Below, piece by piece: positions 38,757-49,984 of a DNA stretch of 64,000 nt. Source of the stretch: Trueperaceae bacterium (GTDB lineage: Bacteria > Deinococcota > Deinococci > Deinococcales > Trueperaceae); contig JAXHNB010000005.1 in NCBI GenBank assembly GCA_034520945.1, forward strand, positions 672,001 through 736,000, written 5' to 3'. The first letter of the stretch is position 1; each line of letters opens with the position of its first letter. A model generated the notes under the pieces. The model was not told where the DNA came from and did not search any database. It saw only the letters and a list, made by a program, of their open reading frames with translations. Position numbers and translations under genes: made by a program.

Positions 38757-39708
38757 CAGGGTCGCCCTCCCCCAGGTGGGCGCCGCGCGCCCAGTCCGCC
38801 GCCGCCATGGTTCGACGTCCGGCCGGGGTGACGCGCAGCAGGCGCACCGCCCCCCGGCCGCACGCGACGCGCACCTCGGCCTCGCCGACCTCCAGAACGG
38901 TCCCCGGCTCGGCGCCGCCGCCAGCGGCGGGCGCCGTGTCGCCGGCGTCGCGCGCGAGTTCGTCGACGCGGACGCGTTCGCCCGCACGTTCGAACCAGCT
39001 GCCCGGCCACGCCAGCACGCCGCGCCAGCGGTCGTACACGGCGGCCGCGGGGTCAGCGAAGCGGATCCGTCCGTCCTCCTTGGTCAGGCGTGGGGCGTGC
39101 GTCGCCTCCGCGTCGTCCTGCGGGACCAGGGGGAGCGCCCCCTTCGCCAACGCGCGGAGCGCCTCGGAGACGGCGTCGGCGGCCAGGTCGGCCAGCCGCG
39201 TGAACAGGTCGGGGGCCGTCTCGTGCGGCCCGATTTGCGTCCGTACCACGTGGCGGATCGGGCCGGTGTCGAGGCCCGCCTCGGTCTGCATCACGGTAAT
39301 GCCGGTCTCGTCGAAGCCTTGGATCAACGCCCATTGGACGGGCGCGGCCCCCCGCAGCTTGGGCAGCAGGCTGGCGTGCGCGTTCAGGAACCCGTGCCGG
39401 GGCACGCCCAGGACCGCTTCTGGAAGGATGCGGCCGTAGGCGGCGGTGATGGCCACGTCCAGGTCCAGCGCCCGCAGCCGTTCCACCGCCTCGTCGTTGC
39501 GGACCCAGCGGCGCGGCTGGAACAGGGGAAGGCCCAGTTCCGCGGCCCGGGCCGCCACGGCGCAGGGACGCACCCGCATGCCGCGGCCGGCGGGCGCGTC
39601 CGGCCGCGTGACGACCAGGGCGGCCTCGTGCTCGTCGTGCAGTCGCTCCAGCACCGGGACCCCGAACGCGGGCGAGCCGAACAGCGCGACGCGCAATCGG
39701 TCCGTCAT
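38749..39708 (-). CDS. fmt: Methionyl-tRNA formyltransferase
   Basis: FGSPAF, VTRPD, AYGRIL, NAHASLLPKLRGAAP, GLDTG. Confidence 0.95.
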   Translation of the reverse strand: MTDRLRVALFGSPAFGVPVLERLHDEHEAALVVTRPDAPAGRGMRVRPCAVAARAAELGLPLFQPRRWVRNDEAVERLRALDLDVAITAAYGRILPEAVLGVPRHGFLNAHASLLPKLRGAAPVQWALIQGFDETGITVMQTEAGLDTGPIRHVVRTQIGPHETAPDLFTRLADLAADAVSEALRALAKGALPLVPQDDAEATHAPRLTKEDGRIRFADPAAAVYDRWRGVLAWPGSWFERAGERVRVDELARDAGDTAPAAGGGAEPGTVLEVGEAEVRVACGRGAVRLLRVTPAGRRTMAAADWARGAHLGEGDPVA

Positions 39709-40406
39709 CCCGCCTCCGGCCGCGCGTCCTGGCGTTCCCGCAGGAACGCCTTGGCGCGGCGCTGCATGTCGGCCAGCTCCTGGCGGTGCTCCTCCATGAA
39801 GCGCTGCCGCGTGGCGGGGGGGAAGCGGTCGAAGAACAGCACGCCGTCCAGGTGGTCGATCTCGTGCTGGATCACGTGGGCGAAGTGCCCTTCGGCCTCC
39901 CGCTCCTGCCAGCGGCCCCGCAGGTCCTGGTAGCGCACCGCGATCCACTGGTCGCGCTCCATGTCCTCCACCCACAGGCCCGGCACGCTGAGACAGCCGT
40001 CGGGCGCCACGCGCAGGCCCGCGCGGGCGGTGATCTCCGGGTTGATCATCACGTGTTCGGCGATCACGGTCGGTTCGGGGGCTTCCTCCTCGCCTACGCC
40101 GACCTCCACCTGGCCCGCCTCGGGCGGGGCGTGGCCGGTGTCCGCACCCGCAGCGCCCGCCACGTCTGCTGCGTCCGCCGCTACGGTGTCGTCTTCGTCC
40201 GGTTCGTCCGGCTCCGCGAGCTCCAGCGCCACGAACAGGCGGAACGACACGCCGACCTGCGGCCCTGCGAGCCCGACGCCGCGGGCGTCGTGCATGGTCT
40301 CGGACATGTCGGTCGCCAGACGCGCCAGCGTTTCGTCGAAGGTGCGCACCGGCGCCGCGGGGCGGCGCAGCACGGGATCGCCGTACAGTCGGATGGGATG
40401 GATCAC
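39705..40406 (-). CDS. def: Peptide deformylase with acidic insertion
   Basis: GVGLAGPQVG, DGCLS, QHEIDHLDG; GGAGG SD before GTG 40406. Confidence 0.93.
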   Translation of the reverse strand: MIHPIRLYGDPVLRRPAAPVRTFDETLARLATDMSETMHDARGVGLAGPQVGVSFRLFVALELAEPDEPDEDDTVAADAADVAGAAGADTGHAPPEAGQVEVGVGEEEAPEPTVIAEHVMINPEITARAGLRVAPDGCLSVPGLWVEDMERDQWIAVRYQDLRGRWQEREAEGHFAHVIQHEIDHLDGVLFFDRFPPATRQRFMEEHRQELADMQRRAKAFLRERQDARPEAG

Positions 40407-40439
40407 GGGTGGGGCCTCCAGCACCTACGGTGGGATCGG

Positions 40440-41378
40440 TCAGGGTCCGCGCATCACGCCCGGCGGCGCCACGTCGGGCGACACCCGGACCTGAGCGGTG
40501 ACCGAGCCTGCGGCGACGACGCCGTCCGGCAGCGCCAGTCGCACCGGCAGATCATAGCGCCCCGGTGGCAACATCGCGGTCGCGTCCGGGACGCGACCGT
40601 CGACCGTCTCCACCTCGTCGGCCGCCCCCACCGGCCCGATCAGCTCCACCTCCCCCGGCGTCACCCCCTCGATGCGCACGCGGGGATCACTCGGCGGCGT
40701 GACCGACACGGCGACGAGGCTGCGGGCCCACCGCGGTTCGCGCACCACCTCGAGGGTGGCGACCTCGGGGACCACGTGGGTCTCGGCGACCGGTCGCCCG
40801 CCCGCGTCCACGGCCAGCAGCACGGCCTCCCCGCCCGTGGGCGCGTCGCCCGGACGCCAGGCGACGACACCGTCCACGTCGGCCAGAACCGGATCGCGAG
40901 CCTCGACCACGGCCCGTTCGGGCGTGACGTGCACGGTGGCGAACACCTCGCCCGCCGGCGCAGGCTCCACGCGCGGCCGCACCAAAAACTCCGCGCGGCG
41001 CATCGCCTCCAGGCGCCCGATCACCTCGTCGGGGACCACCCGTTCGACCCGCAACGCCGTCGGTGCGCGTGCCTCGATCCGGCGGGAGAACTCGCCGGAC
41101 GCCCCGCTGAGGTCCAGCACCGCCTCGATGTCGCGTGCGCTCAAGCGCTCCATGCGCTCGCTGCCGCCGGTGACGACCACCTCGACGCGGGCCGGCACGC
41201 CGACGGTGACCTCGTCCTCGGCGGCGCCCGTGACCTGCAGCGGGACCAGCAGCGAGCGTTGCGCGGTGGTGTCCGGATTGGTCGAGGCGACCCACCACAA
41301 CACCAAGGCGGCGGCGATGGCGGCGAGCTTGCCGGGCCAATCGCGCCGCAGGCGCCGGAGGATCCTGCGCCAGGTCAC
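40440..41378 (-). CDS. cdaR: CdaR/YbbR-like diadenylate cyclase regulator
   Basis: N-terminal KLAAIAAALVLW TM, beta-rich YbbR-like repeats; GTGA overlap with cdaA. Confidence 0.75.
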   Translation of the reverse strand: MTWRRILRRLRRDWPGKLAAIAAALVLWWVASTNPDTTAQRSLLVPLQVTGAAEDEVTVGVPARVEVVVTGGSERMERLSARDIEAVLDLSGASGEFSRRIEARAPTALRVERVVPDEVIGRLEAMRRAEFLVRPRVEPAPAGEVFATVHVTPERAVVEARDPVLADVDGVVAWRPGDAPTGGEAVLLAVDAGGRPVAETHVVPEVATLEVVREPRWARSLVAVSVTPPSDPRVRIEGVTPGEVELIGPVGAADEVETVDGRVPDATAMLPPGRYDLPVRLALPDGVVAAGSVTAQVRVSPDVAPPGVMRGP

Positions 41379-42124
41379 GTGGGTGCCTCGCCGTACACCT
41401 CGCGCAAGGCCTTGACCAGGTCGGAGGGGGCGAGGTCATGCAGCAACTGTCCGTCGCGTGCCAGGGAGACGGTGCCGCGCTCCTCGCTCACCACGATCAC
41501 CAGTGCATCGCTGGTCTCCGCCAGCCCCAGCGCGGCGCGGTGCCGCGTGCCGAGTTGCGCCTCCCAGTCCTCCTGGCGTTCGGACAGCGGCAGGATGGCG
41601 CCCGCGAACGCGATGGTGGCGCCTTCCACGATCAACGCACCGTCGTGGAGGGGACCGCGGGAGTCGAACAGGCTCTCGATCACCTCCGCGCGGACCGGCG
41701 TGGCCAGGGGCGTGCCCGTCTCGCCGTACTCGCGGAGGGGGGTGCTGCGCTGCACGGCGATCAGTGCGCCGACGCGGCGCGCCGCCAGTTCGCGTACCGC
41801 GTCCATGATCTCCCGCACCGGGTCGCCCGCCACGTTGAGCGTGCCGCGGCCGCGTCCCACGCGTTCCAGCGCCCCGCGAAGCTCGGGCTGGAACACCACG
41901 ACGAGGGCAAGAATGCCGACCGGGGCCAGGCGGTCGAACACCCACTTGGTGCCCTCCAGGCCCACCGCGCTGGCGAGCAACCACAGGCCACCCAGTGCGG
42001 CCAGCCCGCGGAGGACGTTCCAGGCGCGCGATCCCAGGAGCAGCACGTAGCCTTGGTAGATCAGCACGGCCAAGATCGCGACGTCCACGGCTTCCAGCGG
42101 ACCGAAGCGATCGAGGATCGTCAC
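41375..42124 (-). CDS. cdaA: Diadenylate cyclase CdaA
   Basis: 3 TM helices, FQPELR, PLHDGA, GTRHRAA, VSEE. Confidence 0.92.
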   Translation of the reverse strand: MTILDRFGPLEAVDVAILAVLIYQGYVLLLGSRAWNVLRGLAALGGLWLLASAVGLEGTKWVFDRLAPVGILALVVVFQPELRGALERVGRGRGTLNVAGDPVREIMDAVRELAARRVGALIAVQRSTPLREYGETGTPLATPVRAEVIESLFDSRGPLHDGALIVEGATIAFAGAILPLSERQEDWEAQLGTRHRAALGLAETSDALVIVVSEERGTVSLARDGQLLHDLAPSDLVKALREVYGEAPT

Positions 42125-42324
42125 GGGGCCTCCCTCGGCAGGTGGGACGGACGGACCCGCCGCCGCGCGCTGCGAGCGGCGGGTTGGTGTGGCGTACTCG
42201 GGTAGGATACCATTCACGCCGCATCGGCCGCGCGTCCGTCACGGCGTGGGCCCACGCGCCTCCACTCCGCCGGGGTGGAGGAGACCCGCCCCGCCCGGGG
42301 CGTCAGGGAACGGAGTATCGAATC

Positions 42325-43417
42325 ATGGAAGAACTGGTACGCAGGCTTCATCACATCCGGGGGTATCTTTGACCTGCCTGGCAAGGAGGCCAGGCTCCAC
42401 GAACTGGATCTGCAGCTGAACGACCCGTCCTTGTGGAATGATCCCAACCAGGCCAAACAGGTCACGCAGGAGGCTGCCCGCCTTCGTCGCGTCGTCGATA
42501 CCTACCGCACCCTCGAGGCGGACGTCGACGGCTTGGCGGAGCTGATCGAGTTGGCCTCGGAGGACGACGCCGACGAACTCGCCGACGAGCGCGCCCGCAT
42601 CGAGCGTGACCTCGAGTCGCTGTACCGCGAGACGCTGTTCCGCGGCGCGCACGACGAGCGGCCGGCCATCGTGACCATCAAGCCCGGGGCGGGCGGCACC
42701 GAATCGTCCGACTGGGCCGGCATGCTGTTGCGGATGTACCGCAGCTACGCCGCGCGCGCCGGCTACACGGTCGAGTTGTTGGATGCGGTGCCCAGCTCCG
42801 ACGCGCCGAACGGGGTGGACTACGCCCAGATCATCGTGCGGGGCGAGCGGGCGTTCGGGATGCTCTCGCCCGAGAACGGCGTGCACCGTCTGGTGCGCGT
42901 CAGTCCATTCGACGCGCAGGGGCGGCGGCACACCAGCTTCGCCTCGGTCGAGGTGATGCCGGAGATCGACGCGTCGATCGAAGTCGACATCGACCCCAAG
43001 GACGTACGCGTGGACGTCTACCGGTCGTCGGGACCGGGCGGCCAGTCGGTCAACACGACCGACTCGGCGGTGCGCGTGGTGTATTGCGGGGGCACGCCGG
43101 ACGAGATCGTGGTGACCTGCCAGGACGGCAAGAGTCAGATCAAGAACCGCGAGAAGGCGATGACGGTGCTGCGCAGCCGCTTGTTCGAGCGCGAGGAGCG
43201 CCGCCGGCGCGAGGAGCAGATGAAGGCGCGCGGCGAGCAGAAGGCGATCGAGTGGGGCTCGCAGATCCGCAGTTACGTGCTGGACAAGCGGTACGTGAAG
43301 GATCACCGCACCGGCGAGATGCGGCACGACCCCGACGACGTGCTGGACGGCGACATCGAGGATCTTCTCTGGGCCGGGCTGGAGTGGCAGGCCGCCCAAA
43401 CGTCCGCCGCGGCCTGA
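42325..43417 (+). CDS. prfB: Peptide chain release factor 2 (programmed +1 frameshift at 42367-42373)
   Basis: ORF1 [15 protein letters not shown] ends GGGGG-TAT-CTT-TGA-C; the +1 frame holds SPF and GGQ motifs. Confidence 0.96.
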
Positions 43418-43442
43418 GCCGGTCGGGGCGGGGAGGCGGGCC

Positions 43443-44066
43443 GTGCGCGTCCTGGCGATCGCCGACACCGTATCGCCGTTCGTGTACACCCCGTCGTTTC
43501 CGCACAACCTGCCGCCGTTCGACCTGGTGGTGTCCGCCGGCGACATGCCGGGGTACGTGCTGGAGTTCGTCGCCACCAAGCTGACGGTCCAACCGCTGTA
43601 CGTGATGGGGAACCACGCCAACGGCTACCTGCGCGACCCGCAGGACCGCTTGGTGCGACCCGGCGGCTGCATCGACGTGCACCGCCGCGTGACGATGCAC
43701 CATGGGCTGTTGGTGGCCGGCTTCGAGGGCAGCGCCCGCTACAAGCCCGGACCGCACCAGTTCAGCGACGCGGAGTTTTCAAGGATGGTGGCGGGCATGA
43801 CGCCGCGCTTCGCCTGGAACCGGTTCGCCCGCGGCCGCGCGCTGGACCTCTTGCTCACGCATGCGCCCCCCAAGGGGCCGCACGAGGGCACCGACCGGCC
43901 TCACCGCGGCATCGGCGCCTTCAACCGCCTGCACCGCTGGTGGCGCCCGCGCGTGCACGTGCACGGCCACGTGCACCTCAGCGGCGCCAACGCCCCGCGC
44001 GAGTACGTCACCGACGAGGGCGTGCGCGTGATCAACGCCTTCGGCTTCGCGGTGTTCGAGCTGTAG
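43443..44066 (+). CDS. Metallophosphoesterase
   Basis: AIAD, AGD, GNH, THAPP, HGHVH. Confidence 0.85.
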   Translation: MRVLAIADTVSPFVYTPSFPHNLPPFDLVVSAGDMPGYVLEFVATKLTVQPLYVMGNHANGYLRDPQDRLVRPGGCIDVHRRVTMHHGLLVAGFEGSARYKPGPHQFSDAEFSRMVAGMTPRFAWNRFARGRALDLLLTHAPPKGPHEGTDRPHRGIGAFNRLHRWWRPRVHVHGHVHLSGANAPREYVTDEGVRVINAFGFAVFEL

Positions 44067-44131
44067 CCCGGGTGAACGGTGCGACGCCGGGCGACGCGCG
44101 GACCCGGCCGCGCACGCTAGCGTCGGGCGTG

Positions 44132-45157
44132 ATGGACCGCGCGACAGCGACCCCGGAGTTGGATCACGCCTGGCACGCCCTGAGCCGCGGGGCCGTGTTC
44201 ACGCCGCTCGCATCGGTGGAGGCGCTCCGCGTCCACGGCGACGACCGCCTCGACTTTCTGCAGGGACAGCTGGCGCACGACGTGCGCGGCCTCGCGGTCT
44301 CTCAGGTGCAGCGCGCGTTGCTGCTGGACGTCAAGGGGCACGCCCGGGCCGAGGTGAGTGTGCAGCGGGCCGAGGGGGCGATCGACCTGGTGGTCGAGGA
44401 CGGGGCGGCGCCGTGGGTGCGCGAACGCTTGCAGCGCTACGTCGTCTTCGACCAGGTCGAGATCGACCCCCTGGACGGCGCGCTGACGTCGTTCACGGTG
44501 CAGGGACCGGAGGCGTTCGCCACCCTGCAGCGCACGGGCCTTCCGGTCCCCTCGCAGGGGCAAACCCTGGAGGCGTCCGTGGCGGGCGCGACGGTGCGTC
44601 TGGCCCGCGCGCGCCGCTCGGAGCCGGGCGGGGTGGATCTGTACGTGTTCGGCGACGGCGCCGGCGCGCTGGCCTCGGTCGTGCGGCGGGCGGGGGCGGT
44701 GGAGGCACCGTGGGCGCTGCTCGAGGCGTCACGCGTCGCGGCGGGGCTGCCGCGAGCCGTCCCCGACGCCGGCGCCGGCGTGCTCCCCCAGGAGGCCGGC
44801 CTGCACGACGCCTTCAGCACCCGCAAGGGCTGCTATCTGGGGCAGGAGATCATGGCGCGCCTGGAGGCCCGGGGCCGCGTCAAGCGGGCCCTGGTGGGGC
44901 TGCGCTTCGAGGGCGCGCCGCCCTCGGCCACGGCGGACGGCGGGACGGGGCACGCGGGGGGCGCTTCGGCCCGCCTTCCCGTCCTGCACGGCGAACGCAG
45001 CGTCGGTGTCCTCGGCACGGTCGCCGTGCACCCGGTGCATGGCGCGATCGCGCTGGCGGTCCTCCGCCGCGACGTGCCCCAGGACGCGGCGCTGGTGGTG
45101 GGCGGCGCGCCGGCGTCGGTGGTGCCGCTGCCGCTCACGGCGCAGGCGGTGTCCTGA
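44132..45157 (+). CDS. ygfZ: YgfZ/GcvT-family folate-binding protein
   Basis: [10 protein letters not shown] and the KGCYLGQE signature. Confidence 0.82.
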   Translation: MDRATATPELDHAWHALSRGAVFTPLASVEALRVHGDDRLDFLQGQLAHDVRGLAVSQVQRALLLDVKGHARAEVSVQRAEGAIDLVVEDGAAPWVRERLQRYVVFDQVEIDPLDGALTSFTVQGPEAFATLQRTGLPVPSQGQTLEASVAGATVRLARARRSEPGGVDLYVFGDGAGALASVVRRAGAVEAPWALLEASRVAAGLPRAVPDAGAGVLPQEAGLHDAFSTRKGCYLGQEIMARLEARGRVKRALVGLRFEGAPPSATADGGTGHAGGASARLPVLHGERSVGVLGTVAVHPVHGAIALAVLRRDVPQDAALVVGGAPASVVPLPLTAQAVS

Positions 45158-45204
45158 AGAGGCGCCTGCGTGCGCGCCGGGGTCCGCGCTGCTATCGTGG
45201 CCGC

Positions 45205-46851
<1,647 letters not shown>

Positions 46852-46900
46852 CGCGTCGGCGCGCCGGCAGGGGGCGCGCGCCCGCCCGAAGGGAGGATGC

Positions 46901-47329
46901 ATGGAACGACCGATTCGCGTGCTCGTTGCCAAACCCGGTCTGGACGGCCACGACCGGGGGGCCAAGGTGATCGCGCGGGCCCTGCGGGACGCCGGCATGG
47001 AGGTGATCTACACCGGTCTGCGGCAGACCGCCCCGATGATCGTCTCCGCCGCGGTGCAAGAGGACGTCGACGCCGTCGGCCTGTCGGTGCTCTCGGGCGC
47101 CCACATGCACTACTTCCGGGAGGTCGTTCAGGGCCTCCGCGAGGCGGGGGCCGACGACGTGCTGGTCTTCGGCGGCGGCATCGTGCCGGACGACGACATG
47201 GAGGAGCTTCGCGGGCTCGGGGTGGGACGGATCTTCACGCCCGGCGCCTCCACGCGCGACGTGATCGCCTACGTCCGGGCGGAGGTGGCGGGCGCGCGCG
47301 AGCCCGCCGGACCGGCCGGCGGACCGTGA
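46901..47329 (+). CDS. Acyl-CoA mutase cobalamin-binding small subunit
   Basis: [22 protein letters not shown]. Confidence 0.93.
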   Translation: MERPIRVLVAKPGLDGHDRGAKVIARALRDAGMEVIYTGLRQTAPMIVSAAVQEDVDAVGLSVLSGAHMHYFREVVQGLREAGADDVLVFGGGIVPDDDMEELRGLGVGRIFTPGASTRDVIAYVRAEVAGAREPAGPAGGP

Positions 47330-47330
47330 G

Positions 47331-47350
47331 CGGGGCGCCGCGGCGCCCCG
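47331..47350. terminator. GC palindrome directly after the mutase small subunit
   Basis: cggggcgccgcggcgccccg perfect palindrome; no adjacent U-tract. Confidence 0.35.
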
Positions 47351-47457
47351 GGTCGCTCGCGGTGTCCACCCGCGTTTCATGATTCTCTCACCCGTTTTCG
47401 GGCTGCGGCCGTTAGGTTGGAGCGCGTGTACAGCTACGGTCTAGGATCCATCGACGA

Positions 47458-48444
47458 ATGACGTTTCGCATTCTGGCCCTGAGCATCCTCGTCGCCACCG
47501 GTACCTTCGTCATCGCGGAGGGGTATGCGCTGCGAACGGTGCAGCGCGGCGACCTCCTCAGCACCATCGCGGACGCGTACGACATCCCCGTCGACGCGTT
47601 GCGCGAAGCGAACGACTTAGACAGCGAGATCATCCACCCGGGAGACGTGTTGCGCGTGCCGTTGGGCGAAGCCCGAGGCGGCGTCGCGGACCCCGCCCCC
47701 GAACCGCCCCCCGGGTTCCATCGCCACGTTTTGAAGAGCGGCGAGACGTTGTCCGAGGTCACCTCCCGCTACGACATCGACCTGGAGGCGCTGGTCGGTG
47801 CCAATCCGGACCTCAGTTCGCTGGACCGCCTGCCGGTCGGGGTGGAGTTGTTGATCCCGCCCGGGCCCGGTCTGCTGGTCACCTGGAAGCCGGGCGACGA
47901 CCTCGGCGCGTTGTTGCGTGCCCACGGGGCCGAGCCCACCGAGGTGTTGCGCCGCAACCGCATCCATGCCCCCTCCGATCTGGAGCCGGGCATGTTGCTG
48001 TGGTTGCCCGGGGTGTCGCCGGATGGGGCCCTGGAGCGCTTGGCCAAGGTCCGCGAGCAGGAGAACCGCTACGTATGGCCGGTCCACGGGCGGATCACCA
48101 GCTACTACGGACGCCGCAACCTCGGGCTGGGAACCTCCAGCTTCCACCGGGGCATGGACGTCGCCGCCCCGTCGGGCACGGCCATCGTCGCGGCCAGGAG
48201 CGGCACCGTCAGCTTCGCGGGTTGGTCCGGCAGCTACGGGTACCTGATCAAGATTCGCCACCATGGCAACGACGAGACCTGGTACGCCCACCAGAGCCAG
48301 CTCCACGTGGGCGTCGGGGATTGGGTCGAACAGGGTCAGACCATCGGGCGCGTGGGGTCCACCGGCCTGAGCACGGGGCCGCACGTCCACTTCGAGATCC
48401 GCCGCAACGGTCAGGCGCGGGACCCCCTCAGCGAGCTGAACTGA
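47458..48444 (+). CDS. LysM-repeat M23 family metallopeptidase
   Basis: Signal peptide, 2-3 LysM repeats, HRGMD, YAH, STGPHVHFE. Confidence 0.9.
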   Translation: MTFRILALSILVATGTFVIAEGYALRTVQRGDLLSTIADAYDIPVDALREANDLDSEIIHPGDVLRVPLGEARGGVADPAPEPPPGFHRHVLKSGETLSEVTSRYDIDLEALVGANPDLSSLDRLPVGVELLIPPGPGLLVTWKPGDDLGALLRAHGAEPTEVLRRNRIHAPSDLEPGMLLWLPGVSPDGALERLAKVREQENRYVWPVHGRITSYYGRRNLGLGTSSFHRGMDVAAPSGTAIVAARSGTVSFAGWSGSYGYLIKIRHHGNDETWYAHQSQLHVGVGDWVEQGQTIGRVGSTGLSTGPHVHFEIRRNGQARDPLSELN

Positions 48445-48452
48445 GGACGCGG

Positions 48453-48478
48453 CGTGCGTGCCCCGCCGGGCACGCACG
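48453..48478. terminator. Hairpin between convergent genes
   Basis: cgtgcgtgccc-cgcc-gggcacgcacg 11-bp stem. Confidence 0.5.
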
Positions 48479-48550
48479 TACCGAATTCGTAAAGCACGCG
48501 GGGCCGCGCGGCCCAGGTCGCGCGGCCCCTCACGGTTGCAGGGCGGTCGC

Positions 48551-49255
48551 TCAGGCGGCCTGCTTGGCCCAAAGGATCCGGCCGCAGCTGGGACAGCGCA
48601 CGGTGGCCCGCCCCTTGCGGGCCTTCTGCACGACGTAGATCGGCAGTTGCACGTTGCAGCCGCCGCAGCGGCGCTCGCCGACGATCTCGGCGAGGCCGAC
48701 GCCGCGACGAGCCCGGCGCACCTGCTCGTACTGCGCGAGGAGATCGTTCGGTACCTCCGCGGCCAACGCGTCGCGGGTCTCGCGAAGGGTTCCCTCCTTC
48801 TCGTCGATCATGCGTTGCCGCTCGGTCTCGTCGGCCTCCATGGATTCCAGCTCCGGCGCCAAGGAGGCGCGCTTGGTCTCGAGCTCCTCGACCACCCCGT
48901 TCAAGCGCTCGAGCTCCTCCATCAGCGGAATCGTGTCCTCCTCCAGCTCCTGCTGGCGGGTGGCGAACTGAAGCTCCTGGTTTTGGTACTGCGCCGCCTC
49001 CTTGGGCGTGGAGGCGCGCAGCGACGCCGCGGACGCCTCCTTCTTGCGGGCGGTGAGGCCTTCGAGCTCCCGTTCGGCCTCCCGCACGCGCCGTCGCAGC
49101 TCGTCGCGTTCCGCGGTGCGGGTCGCCAGCGCCGCATCGAGGTCTTCGAGCTCCTTGCGCGCCGTGACCAGCTCGGCGGGCACGTCGGCCCGCTCCGCGT
49201 CCAGCGCGTCGAGCTCCAGGTCCTTCGACTGGACCTCGCTCAGTCGTTCCAGCAT
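48551..49255 (-). CDS. Coiled-coil protein with C4-type zinc ribbon (DUF164/CT398-like)
   Basis: Long coiled coil, CGGC...CPSCGRIL; GGAGG SD before ATG 49255. Confidence 0.85.
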   Translation of the reverse strand: MLERLSEVQSKDLELDALDAERADVPAELVTARKELEDLDAALATRTAERDELRRRVREAERELEGLTARKKEASAASLRASTPKEAAQYQNQELQFATRQQELEEDTIPLMEELERLNGVVEELETKRASLAPELESMEADETERQRMIDEKEGTLRETRDALAAEVPNDLLAQYEQVRRARRGVGLAEIVGERRCGGCNVQLPIYVVQKARKGRATVRCPSCGRILWAKQAA

Positions 49256-49295
49256 CTCGTCCTCCCCCGTGGGGTGCACGCCCCGCGCGGCCCAC

Positions 49296-49404
49296 AAGAA
49301 GAACTCCGCTCGCAACGGCGAACGGAGCGTCGATTCATGACTACGACCCGCGCGTCGGCGCGAAGCCGCATTGTGCGAACGCACTCTTCACGTCCGGGAA
49401 TATA
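49296..49404 (-). promoter_or_regulatory. Candidate attenuator leader: -10 box, leaderless 16-aa uORF, terminator hairpin
   Basis: TGG-TATATT, GTG 7 nt later (49391..49341), CTCCGTTCGC-CGTT-GCGAGCGGAG-TTCTTCTT. Confidence 0.5.
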
Positions 49405-49430
49405 CCACGACGTGCGGGTATGCTCCAGGC

Positions 49431-49892
49431 ATGATCGAAGAGGGGCCCGACTCGTTCATGCAGCATTGGCGCGCCTACGCCGCGCAGGCCACGTTGTTCC
49501 CGCGCCCCGAAGGGACACCGATGCTGGAGGCCGAGGTCGCGGGCTGCATCCTGCAACTGTTCGAGCGGACCAACCCCTACCACGCGCCCCCGGGCCCGGC
49601 GCGCCTGGTGCTGCACGTCACGGCGGAGCGGTGGGACCCCGCCGAGGTCGGCGAGGCGTCGTTGCGCGTGCCGGTGCTCGGCACCCTTCACGGCCGAGGC
49701 CGCGTCAAACACCGGGAGGGACGCACCGTGGTCGTCGATGCCGGCGCGCCGCTGGTCCTGACCTTCGCCGGGACCGACGCGCCGGCGCCGGAGGGCCGCT
49801 GGATCCACTTCGAGGCGCCCGCGCCGCTGCACGCCTTCGTCCTGCCGCCGGTCCGCAAGAGCGCCGCCACCCCGGTCGACGACGCACTGTAG
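49431..49892 (+). CDS. Hypothetical protein (153 aa)
   Basis: TATGCT 6 nt before the ATG; coding-like composition. Confidence 0.7.
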   Translation: MIEEGPDSFMQHWRAYAAQATLFPRPEGTPMLEAEVAGCILQLFERTNPYHAPPGPARLVLHVTAERWDPAEVGEASLRVPVLGTLHGRGRVKHREGRTVVVDAGAPLVLTFAGTDAPAPEGRWIHFEAPAPLHAFVLPPVRKSAATPVDDAL

Positions 49893-49984
49893 GCCGGCCA
49901 CCGCCGGCGCGCGCAAGGCCGCCGCCGGGCGCAGGTAGCCGGACCTGGCGCGCGGCGCGGCTAGGTCTGCTACCGTCCCTGGCG

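Noticed and set aside
45158..45204. Possible cobalamin riboswitch before the mutase or pduO
   Set aside because: The intergenic regions are too short, and both genes look leaderless
48458..49984. N-terminal half of the 971-aa ORF (similarly the extensions of 54876..57932, 17848..20394, 44413..46851 and 9269..11650)
   Set aside because: Stop-poor GC-rich frames overlapping real genes; the true starts are downstream and marked by -10 boxes, SDs or stop/start overlaps
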